Made by a program: the position numbers and the translations under genes. The notes under the pieces were generated by a model. The model was not told where the DNA came from, did no database searches, and saw only the letters and a program-made list of their open reading frames with translations. A DNA stretch of 64,000 nt, taken from assembly GCF_001194135.2 (NCBI RefSeq), contig NC_068981.1:99581082-99645081 (forward strand), read 5' to 3'. This DNA comes from Octopus bimaculoides. Taxonomy: Eukaryota. Positions 1 to 12,578 of the stretch are shown here, in pieces (the stretch's first letter is position 1; every line of letters begins with the position of its first letter).

Positions 1-87
1 ATATATACATATACATATATATATGTATATATACATATGTATATATACATATATATATGTATATATACATATGTATATATACAGACA

Positions 88-133
<46 letters not shown>

Positions 134-148
134 TATATATACACATAT
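1..148. repeat. (TA)n/(CA)n microsatellite; similar tracts occur throughout (e.g. 15314-15375 (CT)n(AT)n, 28205-28240, 37058-37118, 37760-37810)
   Basis: Direct reading. Confidence 0.95.
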
Positions 149-150
149 AG

Positions 151-382
151 AGGGTTGACAAAAAGTCACCCGACAGTAAATCAAAATTCCATAAATACTT
201 AATATTCAATTATATTTATTCATTCTAGTTATGAATGTTTTATAACTGAATGGTGTGAGTTAAAATCACCAATTTTTTCAACATTTGTCTATTCATTAGT
301 GAAGTCTCATTCAGTTGCTAAACAAATAAATCTTGGAATTAAATGGTTTTGATTTACTGTCAGGTGACCTTTGGCCAACCCT
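151..382. mobile_element. Tc1/mariner-type MITE
   Basis: About 30-bp TIRs AGGGTTGACAAAAAGTCACCCGACAGTAAA / TTTACTGTCAGGTGACCTTTGGCCAACCCT in TA repeats. Confidence 0.75.
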
Positions 383-443
383 ATATATATTTGTGTGTGT
401 GTATGNNNNNNNNNNACCCTATATATATTTGTGTGTGTGTATG

Positions 444-479
<36 letters not shown>

Positions 480-1575
480 TATATACATACCCACTCACAC
501 ACATATATATATATATATATCATCATCATCGTCGTTTAACGTCTGCTTTCCATGCTGGCATGGGTTGGATGGTTTGACTGACGACTAGTGAGCCAGAAGG
601 CTGGACCAGGTTCCAATCTGATCTGGCAGAGTTTGTACAGTTCGATGCCAACCACTCCAAGAGTGCAGTGGATTCTTTTATGTGCCACCAGCATGGGAGC
701 CAGTTAGCAGCCCTGGCAACGATCACGCTTGGATGGTGCTTTTAACGTTCCACTGGTACGGTTTCCAATCAAATGGTACTGTCATTGGCCACATCAGCAA
801 TTTTGATATGTATGTATATATATATGCACATTTATACATACATACCTATATATACACATGTATCATCATCATCATCGTTTAACGTCTGTTTTCCATGCTA
901 GCACGGGTTGGACAATTTGACTGAGGACTGGCGAACCAGATGGCTGCACCAGGCTCCAATGGAGTGTTCGTCCGGTATGTTGTGTTTTGTTTATTTTTAT
1001 GTGTCTTGACCATACGTGTACTGATGAGTAAAAGATGCAGATTACTGCGTTGATTACAAAATCATGATTCACAATTAAGTTAAAAATTTCTAGGGGGTTA
1101 GCTTTGAGAATTGCATTACTTCGCGTTCGGTATAAATATGTTTATTATAATTGTTTGACTTTTAGAGTCCCTCTTAGTGTGAGGCATTCTTGTATAGTAA
1201 TACCCTTATATAAATTAATAAATATATTTATAGGGAATAAACGATGGATTTTTTCCCTTATGAGGAAAACATTTTTATGCTATTATTAATATCTGCTTTG
1301 GTATATATATTATGGACTCCCCTGTTGTTAGACAACATATGAGGGTTTGGTAATTTCTTGCCGAACAACCACACAGATGACTTGTTTATAGTGATCAAAT
1401 GTTTGTGTTCACATAAGCTCACTCCGTCCATCAAATTGACATTATCTATACAGGTGCACTGTGTGCCACATGTGAGATGATCACAGAGCAATGTGAAATA
1501 AAGTGCTTTACTCAGGAACACAATGCAACACATGATCTTGTAACTGTGAATGCAACACTCTAACCACTAAGCCAT

Positions 1576-1609
<34 letters not shown>

Positions 1610-1613
1610 CATT

Positions 1614-1960
1614 GAGGGAGTGGAGTAGGTAAAGTTCAGGCTACATATGTTTCCTAGTCAGCAGATCCTCTGATGTAATAATTACTCAACAAGGGGTACT
1701 CATCTAGCTACTCATCAGACTGAAGATACCTTAAATATATGAAGGTTACATTGTCATTAAAGGATCCCAAGTTAACTCACCAAAGATATAATTTAAAATT
1801 AAATTTTTGGTAAGTTAACTTGGGATCCCTTAATGACAATGTAATCTTCCTATAATTAAGATATCTTTAGCTTTATATCCTTCATTTAGCAATTATTACA
1901 TCAGAGGATCTGCTAGCTAGGAAATGTATGAAGTCTGAACCTTACCAGCCCCACTTCCTT
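1614..1960. repeat. About 345-bp foldback palindrome centred near 1795
   Basis: ggatcccaagttaactcacc / ggtaagttaacttgggatcc and outer arms pair in reverse complement. Confidence 0.85.
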
Positions 1961-3170
1961 AATTTGGAGTTTTATTCACATTCATAACAACAGAAGTTGC
2001 TAACCATTGACCATATAAAAAAAAATTGCTTTCAGCTTATTGAACTTCAACATAAGAAACGCCTACAACCTTTGTCAATAAATTATTATTGTTCCTAAAC
2101 ATTGTTTTTGTTTTTATACTTACTATGGACTGCTCGAAGCTTATGAACTTCCTACATTTAGATCTTTGGATCTTATAATTACATATTGATAAAATATATA
2201 ATATATATGTGTGTGTGTGTGTGTGTGTTCATGCCATGTCACTCTTCTTGCTACTAGTACCATGTAACACAGTACAGCAGTACAACCGGTTACATGGTTG
2301 GATGACTAAACCAGCAACCCTACCAAGCCTGTGGCTTTTGTTGGAAATCCTACAGGGTGTAAACCAAGACCTTGTCAAAGGGCAGATGAACTCTATTGAG
2401 TCAACAACCATCCAATAGCTGAGAGTTAGAGATCCCTAGTTTTGTCTAGATATGTTTCTAGGAGAAAGAAAACTGATGTAACACCTGCACCTAGTCATGT
2501 AGATTAGTTCCCTATTTTGAGCAAATGCATATGTTATTGAGAAAGTGCTATTGGCCTTGAGCAAGGCCTTTCCTCACTTTAAAAAGCATCAGGCACAAGG
2601 GTTGTTTGATTTTTTAATATCTTTATTATGTGTTGCATACTATGACTGGCCACTGCTGAGAAAGGCAAAACAATCAATGAAGATTTCCATGATGGAATTG
2701 AAGGCATGTGTCAGTGTGGATGGTAAGCTCTCTGAGTACCTACTCTAAGAGGTGCCAAATGTTGTCCCATTTGCACAGGGAAATGTGGATCCCTGGTAGG
2801 ACGGCACACATCTGTGCAGCTTGTGCTTGGGAGAGCAGTCAAGTAGTGTCATTGCTCAAAATCAGGCTGTACCCATCATGCTTTCATATAACCCTCTACA
2901 ACAAGAAACCTGTTTTGCTCTGGTCCCTTCTCTCATACTTTAATACCTTATGTCCCAGCATGAAAAATGCACCCAGTACTCACTGTAAAGTTGTTGGTGA
3001 TAAGTCATCCAACTGTAGGAACTTGGCCAAGTTCCTACAGTTCCAACACACAACAGCATGGAACATGGATATTATGATTATGACGACATATATATATATA
3101 TACATATCTATATAAATTATCAAAGTCGTTAGTCGCAATTTAAAACCAAAAGGCACAAATACAAACCATC

Positions 3171-3642
3171 ACTAAAGGTGCAAGTCAGCACTAGCAATGC
3201 TAGAAATAAGAGTCAAGACAACTCTTAGCCATGAGCTGAGCATTTTCTGTTCAAAACACGCTATCTATTGACTGACAAAGGAGACAACTTCCCTACAGTA
3301 AGCGAGGGCACCAGATCATCTGTGATTTCGGATCAAATTAATCTTCATTGGTGATGCTACTCCATTGACTATGGTTAAGCTAACTCGACTTGTCAGTTTA
3401 TAGAAAATACCATACAAATCAGTGGCTGATTCAGTAAAATGGTAAAGTACCATTTTAGTCACTGATGAGGATTAATTTGATCTGAAAGCACTGGTGATCT
3501 GGTGCTCTCACTTGCAGTAGGGAGGCTGTTTCCCTTGTTAGCCAATGGATAGTGCTCTTTGAACAGAAAATGCTCTGTTCATGGCTAAGAGTTGTCTTGA
3601 CTCTTATTTCTAGCAATGCTGGTGCTGACTTGCACCCTTAGT
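3171..3642. repeat. About 470-bp inverted repeat with a hammerhead motif in each arm (Penelope-like inverted pseudo-LTR)
   Basis: Arms align in reverse complement (gaaataagagtcaagacaactcttagccatga / tcatggctaagagttgtcttgactcttatttc). Confidence 0.85.
3457..3512 (+). ncRNA. Type I hammerhead ribozyme motif, catalytic core intact
   Basis: CTGATGA 3462-3468, stem II GGATT/GATCT, GAAA 3484-3487, stem III AGCACTGG/CTGGTGCT with TGAT loop, CUC site ending 3507, weak stem I AGTCA/TCACT. Confidence 0.7.
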
Positions 3643-5357
3643 CACTTTTAGAGACAGTGTGTGTGTGTGTGTATGTGTATATATATATATATAGAGAGAG
3701 AGACACACACACACATCTATATTGAAAATATATATACAACTAATGTATATGTGTGTGTCAGTGTGTTTGCATTATGAAAATATAGAAACTTCAAGAAAAT
3801 ATGTAATTAATCATTTTAATGGTGAATCTTGATGTTGACACATCTATAAATAATACTTTGTAATGTACTGGGTTATCCTCATGGATGGGGGAAAAGACTG
3901 AACAGAAATTTGGTATATTTTTTTCCACTTAAGGGTTTTTGTAACCCAGTATATTACAGGCTAATATTCATAGCCGAATCCAAATCTAGATACACCATTG
4001 TCTTGACACTGCATGATAGTTGTAAATGAGTGACACTGTTATACAAGCAGTGTCATTCATTTCGAACATTCTGTGGAAACATGTCTGATTATGGGGGAAA
4101 TATCACCTTGCTTGAAAACAGGTGAGAGATGATAACAGGAAGGGCATCTAGCCATAGAAAATCTATCTCAATAAACTCTATTCTACCCATGCAAGCACAG
4201 AAAAGTGGATGTTAAAGCAATGATAATATTTATATAATTGACATCGGTATTATATGTCTGTGTTCCATACCAGCATGTGTTGGATGATTTGATAGGGCTA
4301 GTGAGACACAGAACCATGTCATGCATACCCTTCCTGACAGGTGCATTTTTTGTGGCACCAACATTATTGAGGCCACCATATATGTGTGTGTGTGTAAAAT
4401 TGCAGTGAATCTTTTGTTCTCATACATTTCATACAATACTATATCTTAAATATTTTTTCTCACTCTTTTAATCAATATTAGAACATTTTCTTAAGAAAAT
4501 CTTATAATTCTACTAATATAATATGTATTCAAATTTTGTTTTACATTTTATACTCAATATGAAATGACATGGTTGTTTGAAAGCAAGTCTTAAAGTATCA
4601 TCAAAGTAAAACATCTAAATATATGTATAATAACCAAATGAATATAGAATTTTATACATGTAATTATATAGATATAATACTTAATAATTTTAGCTATAAT
4701 ATCAGTGAAATATAACAACAAACATGGTGAAATTTTATCTTATATCTCTAATATAGATATTAATACCTAGACGAGATACTGAATAACATAAATTTCTTCT
4801 GATTAAGCATAAGGGGAAATTTGAGTCGATCAAGGTATAACATTGATATTTCACCAATCATAGTTTATACAGCAAGACAAAAGTCATCTAATCTGACATC
4901 TTCCATGTCCTACAACTTGCCACTTTTGAAATATTACATAATTCTGAATTCCTTGTGATTAGGTACAAGAATCAGATTTACTGTAAAGGCAAACTGGCCT
5001 TTTGTGATACAGCCAGAGGAATAACCAATGAAAATGAAATGAATTATCTTCAACTGGCTATCAAAGATATGTAGCCTCCATGAAGCTTATTTCTTGTTTT
5101 CCTTCATTCTTGCTTGCTACTGTTTAATACTAAATTATATTTTATGATAATGGATAATAACAGTTGTTATGAGTTTTCTGTTATTAGAGATAGTTAAAAA
5201 AAAGATTATAAAGTACTGAATATTAAAGATTATCAAATGATTTAGGCTGAGAATTAAAAAAAAAACCTTGTGGTGACTAGGGATGACCAGTGCAGAATGC
5301 AGACTGAGAATCTTACAAGCGATTTAGTGTTTGCCTCAAAAAAGTTAATAAAAAAAT

Positions 5358-5938
5358 TCAACAAGTTGTTTCTTGACTACTTTCTGACTGTTTCGGTGAA
5401 GGCGTTGAGTCTTTGTTGTGATAAATTTGTGTAAGGAGATCTGGTGTTTGATTGTTATTCTCATAAATCAATGTCTCCTGACTAGATGGATTAACTAAAT
5501 GTAGTTTTGTGGACAATTCTTCATCTTTGTAAAGCTGGTTACAGCTGATGCTTTTTTGTACAGGGCTACTTATACATTCCTGCTGGTGAACTTCAACTGC
5601 ACATGTTACTCGGTTTTCAACTGGAATGCTTATGTCTTTCACTGGGACAATATTAGATATTTTTGAACATGTTTTCAAAGCATTAGGGATACTATCATTA
5701 CTCATTGAATGTATAGAAATTTTCCGTTTTCTTGGTTCTGTATTCAATAAATGACTCATAACATTGATGGAATTGTGTGACCAAGATTTTACTAAGTTCG
5801 GTGCAGGCCAGAAATCGTGCAGATTATCTGGAACAGCTTGAATTTCAACTTCAGGCAAGTTGTTGTTGTTATTGTTGTTAGATGTAAAACCAAGTCCCTG
5901 GGAACTCACATGAGAACACAGATTGCTTGTTGACTGGT
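5358..5938 (-). CDS. CNGB: CNGB terminal coding exon: (N)QSTSNLCSHVSSQGLGFTSNNNNNNNLPEV...SESSQETTC*
   Basis: cttttcttgcag acceptor at 5939-5941; phase 1 matches preceding exon; 581 nt open to TGA 5358-5360 (ORF 5358..5909); no family motifs, so supported by phase and ORF length. Confidence 0.78.
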
Positions 5939-7446
5939 CTGCAAGAAAAGAAAGAGAAATAAATATGCAAAAATAAAATCAAGATATGTTGGAGGTACAA
6001 TAAAACCAACATGCAACTAAATCCTATGAAGTTAATATGAAGGTTAGGCCTCACAATCTTTGACAATTTGCCATGGTCTCATATCACACTGCCAAACTTG
6101 TGCCCCAAAGACAAGACTTCCTCTTCATGTGGAAAAACTATCCAGCTCTGAATAGTTACTAACCCTCAATTAACAATAAAGTGTAAGCAACATTGAAACA
6201 TTATTCAGATATCTGGCTCAGTACTATTCCTACACACACAAACATTCTAGCTGACACCTGAAAGAAACTCATTTAAATGATTGGCAAATCCTTACACATC
6301 AACTTGCTCCAGTTACACATCCACATACGTGATGTTTTTTCTTTCCCCCTTTTTGCAAAAACCATTACTACTGTTTCTGTTTCTTTGAAGAAGCAAACAT
6401 ACATACCATCTCCACTGTCAGTTTCTTGATTCATTCTTCAACTGTCCTCTTGTCATTCCAGCTTTGTTTCATCAAACCAGACACTAATCTGGACATTTTT
6501 CCTAATCATACCTTCCCAGAGATGCAATCCTTTTCTTTCACTACCAATAATTTTTGTACTGTCCTCAATCTCAGAAATTTAAACAGAATATGCCTGATGA
6601 CCTTTGATGGTACTTCAAGACCAATATAATTAATGTTGTTGCTGTTCAACCCCAGGTCTGATCTGACTGAGCAAATCTATGATCTAAAGCATTCTAGCCA
6701 TGATCAACTTGGTTTTTTTAAGTATATGTTGGACTATATTATTTAATGTTTATAAAGACAGTAGGATGTGACATGAAGGAGATTTAGCTGTTATTTCTGT
6801 TAGTTGTAGAATATCACATTGAACTGTTTAGCAAAAAAGAATGCTGCTTATATTACTGAAAGGTTTGGTTCTGGCTTCATGTAGGTAAAGTGACGAGAGA
6901 AATTGCCTTCTGGTTAGAATGATGTTATATTGCACATCACCTGGTCCCTATTCTCAATGGCTAGATGAATTAGGGTTTTTAAAATTAAATATAATTTCCA
7001 AAATCACATTACAATGCCTGCAGTGGACATAAACTCAAGAAGTATGAACAGACAGCTCAATACCCTGTCCACTCAGCTACAACAGGAATTTCCCAGCAAG
7101 TTGAGTTCATGAGTCGGTTTTGATCCATAGTCAAACCATTACTTTCGAGATTCCAAAATCTTGGAATAAAGATTAAATGTCAAAACTTCACATTTTCCTT
7201 TCCTGAAACTCCTTTGCACATGTATTTGATTGTGGTCAAGATTTGGCTCTCATTTGGCTAATTTATTCATTAAAACTGTATAAAGATGAAAATCATCTCT
7301 GATACTATAACAAAGTGACCTTATAATGGCAAAGTATATCTGAGGAATATTCTTTATTTAGTGAAAAGCACTGCTTGAAGTATACACTTTCACTCTCCTC
7401 ACACCAACAAAATATACTTTCATATACTTCCAGACTGAATACTTAC

Positions 7447-7615
7447 TAGTACTTTGGCTGGTTTCAACATTAACCAGAAATACATTAGAGTTGTTGTCAG
7501 ACGAGGGACTGGAAACATCATCTGCCAAATCTAGAAGATCTTCTTCAAAAACATCATCATCACCAAACAAACTGTCTTCAACACAATAATCATCAGCAAT
7601 ATCTGAAAGAGACAG
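7447..7615 (-). CDS. CNGB: CNGB acidic tail exon: LSLSDIADDYCVEDSLFGDDDVFEEDLLDLADDVSSPSSDNNSNVFLVNVETSQST(N)
   Basis: long pyrimidine tract plus catag acceptor, gtaagt donor; 169 nt, phase 0/1; phases match both neighbours. Confidence 0.78.
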
Positions 7616-8507
7616 CTATGGAGAAGAAGGGAAAGAATAAAACAAATCAGAGAGTGGAAGATAAATAATCACCACCACTGCCTCTGCCAATAGCAGCAGT
7701 GGCAACAGCAATCTTCCATGTAACTTCTGTTTGAATTAACAATTTCTTAAATATGGTAACAATATGGAATAAAAAAATGGAATAATGTCTCTTACAGAGG
7801 GACATAATACAGTAAATATAGACTAAACTAAAGACTAGGGAGTTATTGGTCTGATACCTTATTTAGCAATTTCACTTCTTGGGTGTAATTTTGTAATGGG
7901 AAAAGATTATAAAATAAAAAATATTATCCCAAAGTCTATACATTTTGAAAGATCTGACTGACTGGATCAGTTAAATTAATTTTGATGGGGGTTTGTTTCT
8001 TCACACCTTTTTGATTTTTTTTAGACCAGATCTTTTTGACTAAACTGGACCTGTATGTCTTGAATATAGTAGATATTCTTTTTTTTTATGTTTTAGTCTG
8101 ATAAAAAGGGTTGCATGTATAACCTTTTTAAGTTTGTTTAGAGTAAGGTGGGTGAGAGGGATAATTTGGTCAGATTATTGTAGGTGATGTTCAGATTCAA
8201 TATTTGGAGGCCAATGGCTGGAGGGAAAATGTGACAGCTGAGAAGTTTCAGAAGGATATAGTTATAGGAAAGACAGATTCAATAAAATCAGAATATCATC
8301 TATTGATAGCAAACTAAGAATGATCCAATGTAAACTGTTCAGAGGTATTCAGTCAGAGCTAATGCTATTCAACCAAACTGTATAATTCTGATCATTTATT
8401 TAGAGACATTAAAAGGTTCTTGAGAAAAATAATCTTGCAAGCAGACATATATCAATGAATCAGCATCAACAACTTGTATGAAATATTGGTAATTATATTT
8501 CACTCAC

Positions 8508-8678
8508 ACTTCCTGATGACAAAGAGTTGACTTGATTATCACTTAATGTCCGGTCTGTTGATGAAGACAGATCAATATGAGGGTCTCGTTGTAAACTGTT
8601 GTTGCTATTGGATAATCTTGGAAGATTAGCCTGGTTAGACTCAATTTTTTGCATCAGTTCAGATTCAGGATTCATAAC
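8508..8678 (-). CDS. CNGB: CNGB C-terminal tail exon: VMNPESELMQKIESNQANLPRLSNSNNSLQRDPHIDLSSSTDRTLSDNQVNSLSSGS
   Basis: atttttcag acceptor, gtgagt donor; 171 nt, phase 0/0, open frame (ORF 8493..8693). Confidence 0.82.
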
Positions 8679-9502
8679 CTGAAAAATATACAAACAATGT
8701 TCTTAACTATTCAGATTCACAAAATCCTTAACAAAATTCAAACAACTGTTGTTTAAGTGCAGGTAGAGCAAACATGAAACTATTGCAGGTAAAGTCATTA
8801 AGAAATTTATCACAGAAGTCTCTATAAAGCTGTGATAATATCCACCTAGTTTTAAAGTTTTGGAAGATTTCTTAATGTCCAGTTATCTGATGACTGCTCA
8901 CTCAAAAAATTGTAATGATGTGGTAAATTTTTAATTTCCAAATTGCAAATTGATAATAAAAACTCTAAAATATTTTGTAGTATTTTAACTTTTGTATGAA
9001 CAATACTATAAACTGTCTGACATAAACTATTACTATACAAAAAGCATAATAAATAATTAGCTACACACATGCACATACATGTTTATATCCCTCTTAGTGA
9101 CTATATGTGGAAATGTGAAATTACATTTAAATCTACACACATTTATACAAAGTAAATAAGAAATAGCTAGTGTGTAAAATCAGTCATCAATGAAAATTGA
9201 GAAAGTTTAATTCTTTTGTTATTGTATTTCTGCCTATTAACTTTGAAATTAAGAATTTTGAGTGACATAGTGAATATTTTCATTGTTATTGAGCTGGTAT
9301 ATGGAACATGATTTAAAAGATACCTATATGAAATTATGGTGGAAATTTTAAATTTAAATATGAATGCTTTAAAAATGAGAAGTTTTGTATTATAGAATCT
9401 GAGGTGATCAGAGTTGGGTTAGTATGAAAAAGGTTAAATCTGAAAAATGAAATAAAAATTAAAATTTATAAGACTATAAAAGGCAGATATGTAAATAGTC
9501 AC

Positions 9503-9614
9503 CTTCATTACAGTTTTTAAAAATTTTGGTGTTTCTTTCGGACTTTTGATGATAGCTTCACATTCCTGTTTAGCCTCTTGTCTGGCTAAACGGGCATTTT
9601 CTTTAAGAAGCTTC
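9503..9614 (-). CDS. CNGB: CNGB exon, post-CNBD: KLLKENARLARQEAKQECEAIIKSPKETPKFLKTVMK
   Basis: ttttgtag acceptor, gtgact donor; 112 nt, phase 2/0; TPK...TV motif typical of CNGB tails. Confidence 0.9.
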
Positions 9615-11413
9615 CTACAAAAACAAAACAAAAGGAAACAACAAAAACAAAATCCAGAAAATAACAATGAAGAAGTTTAAGTGAATCTGTTTTAGACATA
9701 AATCTACATGAGAAACCTACTCATCTAATATTACTAGCATTATACCAGTGATATTAGATGACTAGTGGTGTAGCCTGCATTATGTCATGTCTTTAGCCAT
9801 TTAACTCACAACAGCTCAGTCCACCCAGCTTTGAATAGGTACCACTGAGTGAATGGTTCACATGTTTAAGAAGAAACTGTACCCTGTTGGCTTGCAATGT
9901 TGAGTTTAACTCCTCTGATAAGTGCAAGTAGAATTCTATTGGTTATCATAGGTAAGCCAGTGAAAGATACTTTTGATCATGCTATGTAAAATAATTGGCT
10001 AATTTATCTGACAACAGATAATTTAAATGAACATTAATAGATGCAGCCGGTACCCTTGAGCCAGCAGCTGAATATGAAAGAGTAGGGAGTTGAAAAACAT
10101 TAAGCCTCAAAGATAATACAAGATCAAGAATTTTTGAGGGATGATATTTAAAAAGCTTGTCCAATTGATTATAGCAAAGTAAAACAGCATGATTATGATA
10201 ATGATAATGACAATAATTTCTAACATAATGACAAAGTTAGAAATTATGATGACAATAAGGAAAATTTAAATGTTCATCATGGCATTATGATGTCTGTCTT
10301 ATTAGTATTGTTACCAAATTTACAACTTTTGGCATAGCTTCTTCCTTTCTTCATCTAACCAAAAAATTTGATGTTTCGAGAGGAGAAAATATGAAGCTTT
10401 TTGTTTCTATCAATTAATCAGAAGAGATTCAGAGATCAGGGTTTTTGTAGGAATTCTTGAACTGGTGAGATTGTTCTAACTTCTGTTGGTTGATATGTAT
10501 AGGATAGTATGGATGGAAGAGAATTTCAGTGGTCTGCTTGTCTGGGAAGGGTGATTAGGGTAAATGAGAAAACTGAATTAGAGTTATATACAGTAAGGAT
10601 GACAAGTGACACACACCAGGAAACCATAATAATATAATACAAATGAAACTGTATTGTAATTGGACTGTAAATCTGGATTGGTGAAAACCAGTTTTACTGA
10701 TTGGTACATGCCTATAATATTAATGGTAGCAACTCTCATTTCTCCAGTGGTCTATGAGGGGCTCTCATTCCAACACTTTAATGTAAGAAAAATTTTTTGA
10801 GCTTCACAATTCTGTTTCAGTTATGATATTGAATATACTTTGCATAGCTAGGTGGTCTGTGCCACAGAATGTTAAGTGTCTCTGCTAAGGACACATGCAG
10901 TCTGGTAGATATATCTGAACCTCAGGACCATCTGCATGTTTTGGTTTCCACTCTTGGAATGAAAGTGTGTTTCTGTTTTCTATGAATGATATAATTTTGA
11001 TCAAACACTGTTGTTTTATACTTATTTTCCATGCTAACATGGGAAAGAAACTGATCACAAATTTACATAGTTTCAGAGCATATAAATGGATAGCCTTTTC
11101 TCTGATAACTATATCACTGTAAAGATGTAAGAAAAGTATATATTGTAAAACAGACAGTCTATGGAAGCAAAATGTACCTTGACTAGAAAATAACCCCAAA
11201 ATTCAATTATAACAGTTTGCTTTTAGCATTAAGTCTTTCAGGAAGACCTGGTGGTCTTATTTGGATTAGTTCAAACCAGAAAAACACTGTGTGAAGACAA
11301 CACTCCACTCATATTTGTTTGAACGCTAGCTTGTAATATCTAAAAGTGAATTACTTTAACAACAATGGGTTCACACTACCTCTACATTTTCCAATAGAAT
11401 CTGGTTTTCTTAC

Positions 11414-11557
11414 TTGGCCCGTTTCTTCAACAGCTTCTGTGCTTCTGGGTAATCATTCATTGTTTCATTGAAATCAGCTTTTGATAGAATGAACAGATTA
11501 ACATAGCCTTTGCACCGGACATCAGCTGTTCTGCGACTGCCTGATATCGCCAACAAG
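11414..11557 (-). CDS. CNGB: CNGB exon, phosphate-binding cassette and B/C helices: (S)[47 protein letters not shown](K)
   Basis: ttctag acceptor, gtaaga donor; 144 nt, phase 2/2; RRTADV motif. Confidence 0.97.
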
Positions 11558-11679
11558 CTAGAACAAAATATAAAATAGAGAATAATTTTGGATGTCGGCA
11601 AAAGTGCATAAAAATTAGATGACAGGTGGCAAGAGTTAAGGGAAAAATTAAGGTAGGTTTGGGAGGAATAAACAGGTCT

Positions 11680-12578
11680 TGTAGTGACGTCATCTTCAGA
11701 GTCTTCAGTATGCATGCGCCTTCTGAAAGGCCTGCGGAAGTTCCCTCATGCGCATGCACTGGAAACTGGCGGGAAAAGTTCTCTCGCATTCCCTGCTTGT
11801 GTCTCTGACTCAAGACACAACCACTGAACATTGCAGATGTGTTTTCACTAGCAGTTCGCCTACGCTCCTGTCCCAGATGCATGGAATTGACCAGCTCTGT
11901 TTGCAACTGGAGGAAGATTTCAAATTTGTGTGTTTTGCACTGAAAGGGTGCTACACAATTTCCTTACATTAATATTTTGATAAAACAATAATATCAGGAC
12001 AAGAAAGCATCTGAACAATATAATGCTCTTTATTATGGGTGTCTACAAAATATGTTTCAGTCCAGACATTCAGCAATAACAAATATTCAATACTCTCAGT
12101 TTTGGTAAATAAATAAATGTACGTTCAGACAGATAACAACCACGAACATATAACACTCTAGTTCGGGTATATAAAAATATGTACATTCTAACTCTCAGTA
12201 ACCACGGTTGGATAAACAGCAAATCTGGAGTTAATCTCTCTTTTGGTTAATACATAACTTGGAGAAACTGTTTTGGTTATTAAAACAGCAAAGCTGGAGT
12301 TAATTCAACATTGTGATACAATATCACAGAAAACTCCAGTTGCAAACAGAGCTGACCAATCCCATGTGTCTGGGACAGGAGCGTAGGTGAACTGCAAGTG
12401 AAAACATGTTTGCAATGTTCAGCAGCTGCGTCTCGAGTCAGAGACGCAAGCAGGGAACGCGAGAGAACTTTCCCCACCAGTTTCCAGCACATGCGCATGA
12501 GGGAACTTCCGCAGGCCTTCCAGAAGATTCCAGCCCTGCGCATGCGTACTGGAGACTCTCAAGATGACGTCACTACAA
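11680..12578. mobile_element. Non-autonomous element with about 255-bp GC-rich TIRs
   Basis: TTGTAGTGACGTCATCTT... (11680-11935) is the reverse complement of about 12332-12578; AT-rich spacer of about 400 bp; no TSD identified. Confidence 0.8.

Noticed and set aside
1700-1760. CTGAAGA and reverse CTGATGA motifs in the 1614-1960 palindrome
   Set aside because: No correctly placed GAAA or stem III, so I cannot call a hammerhead.
6100-6620. Possible Penelope RT remnant (YVDV-like motif on minus)
   Set aside because: Too decayed to support beyond one short motif.
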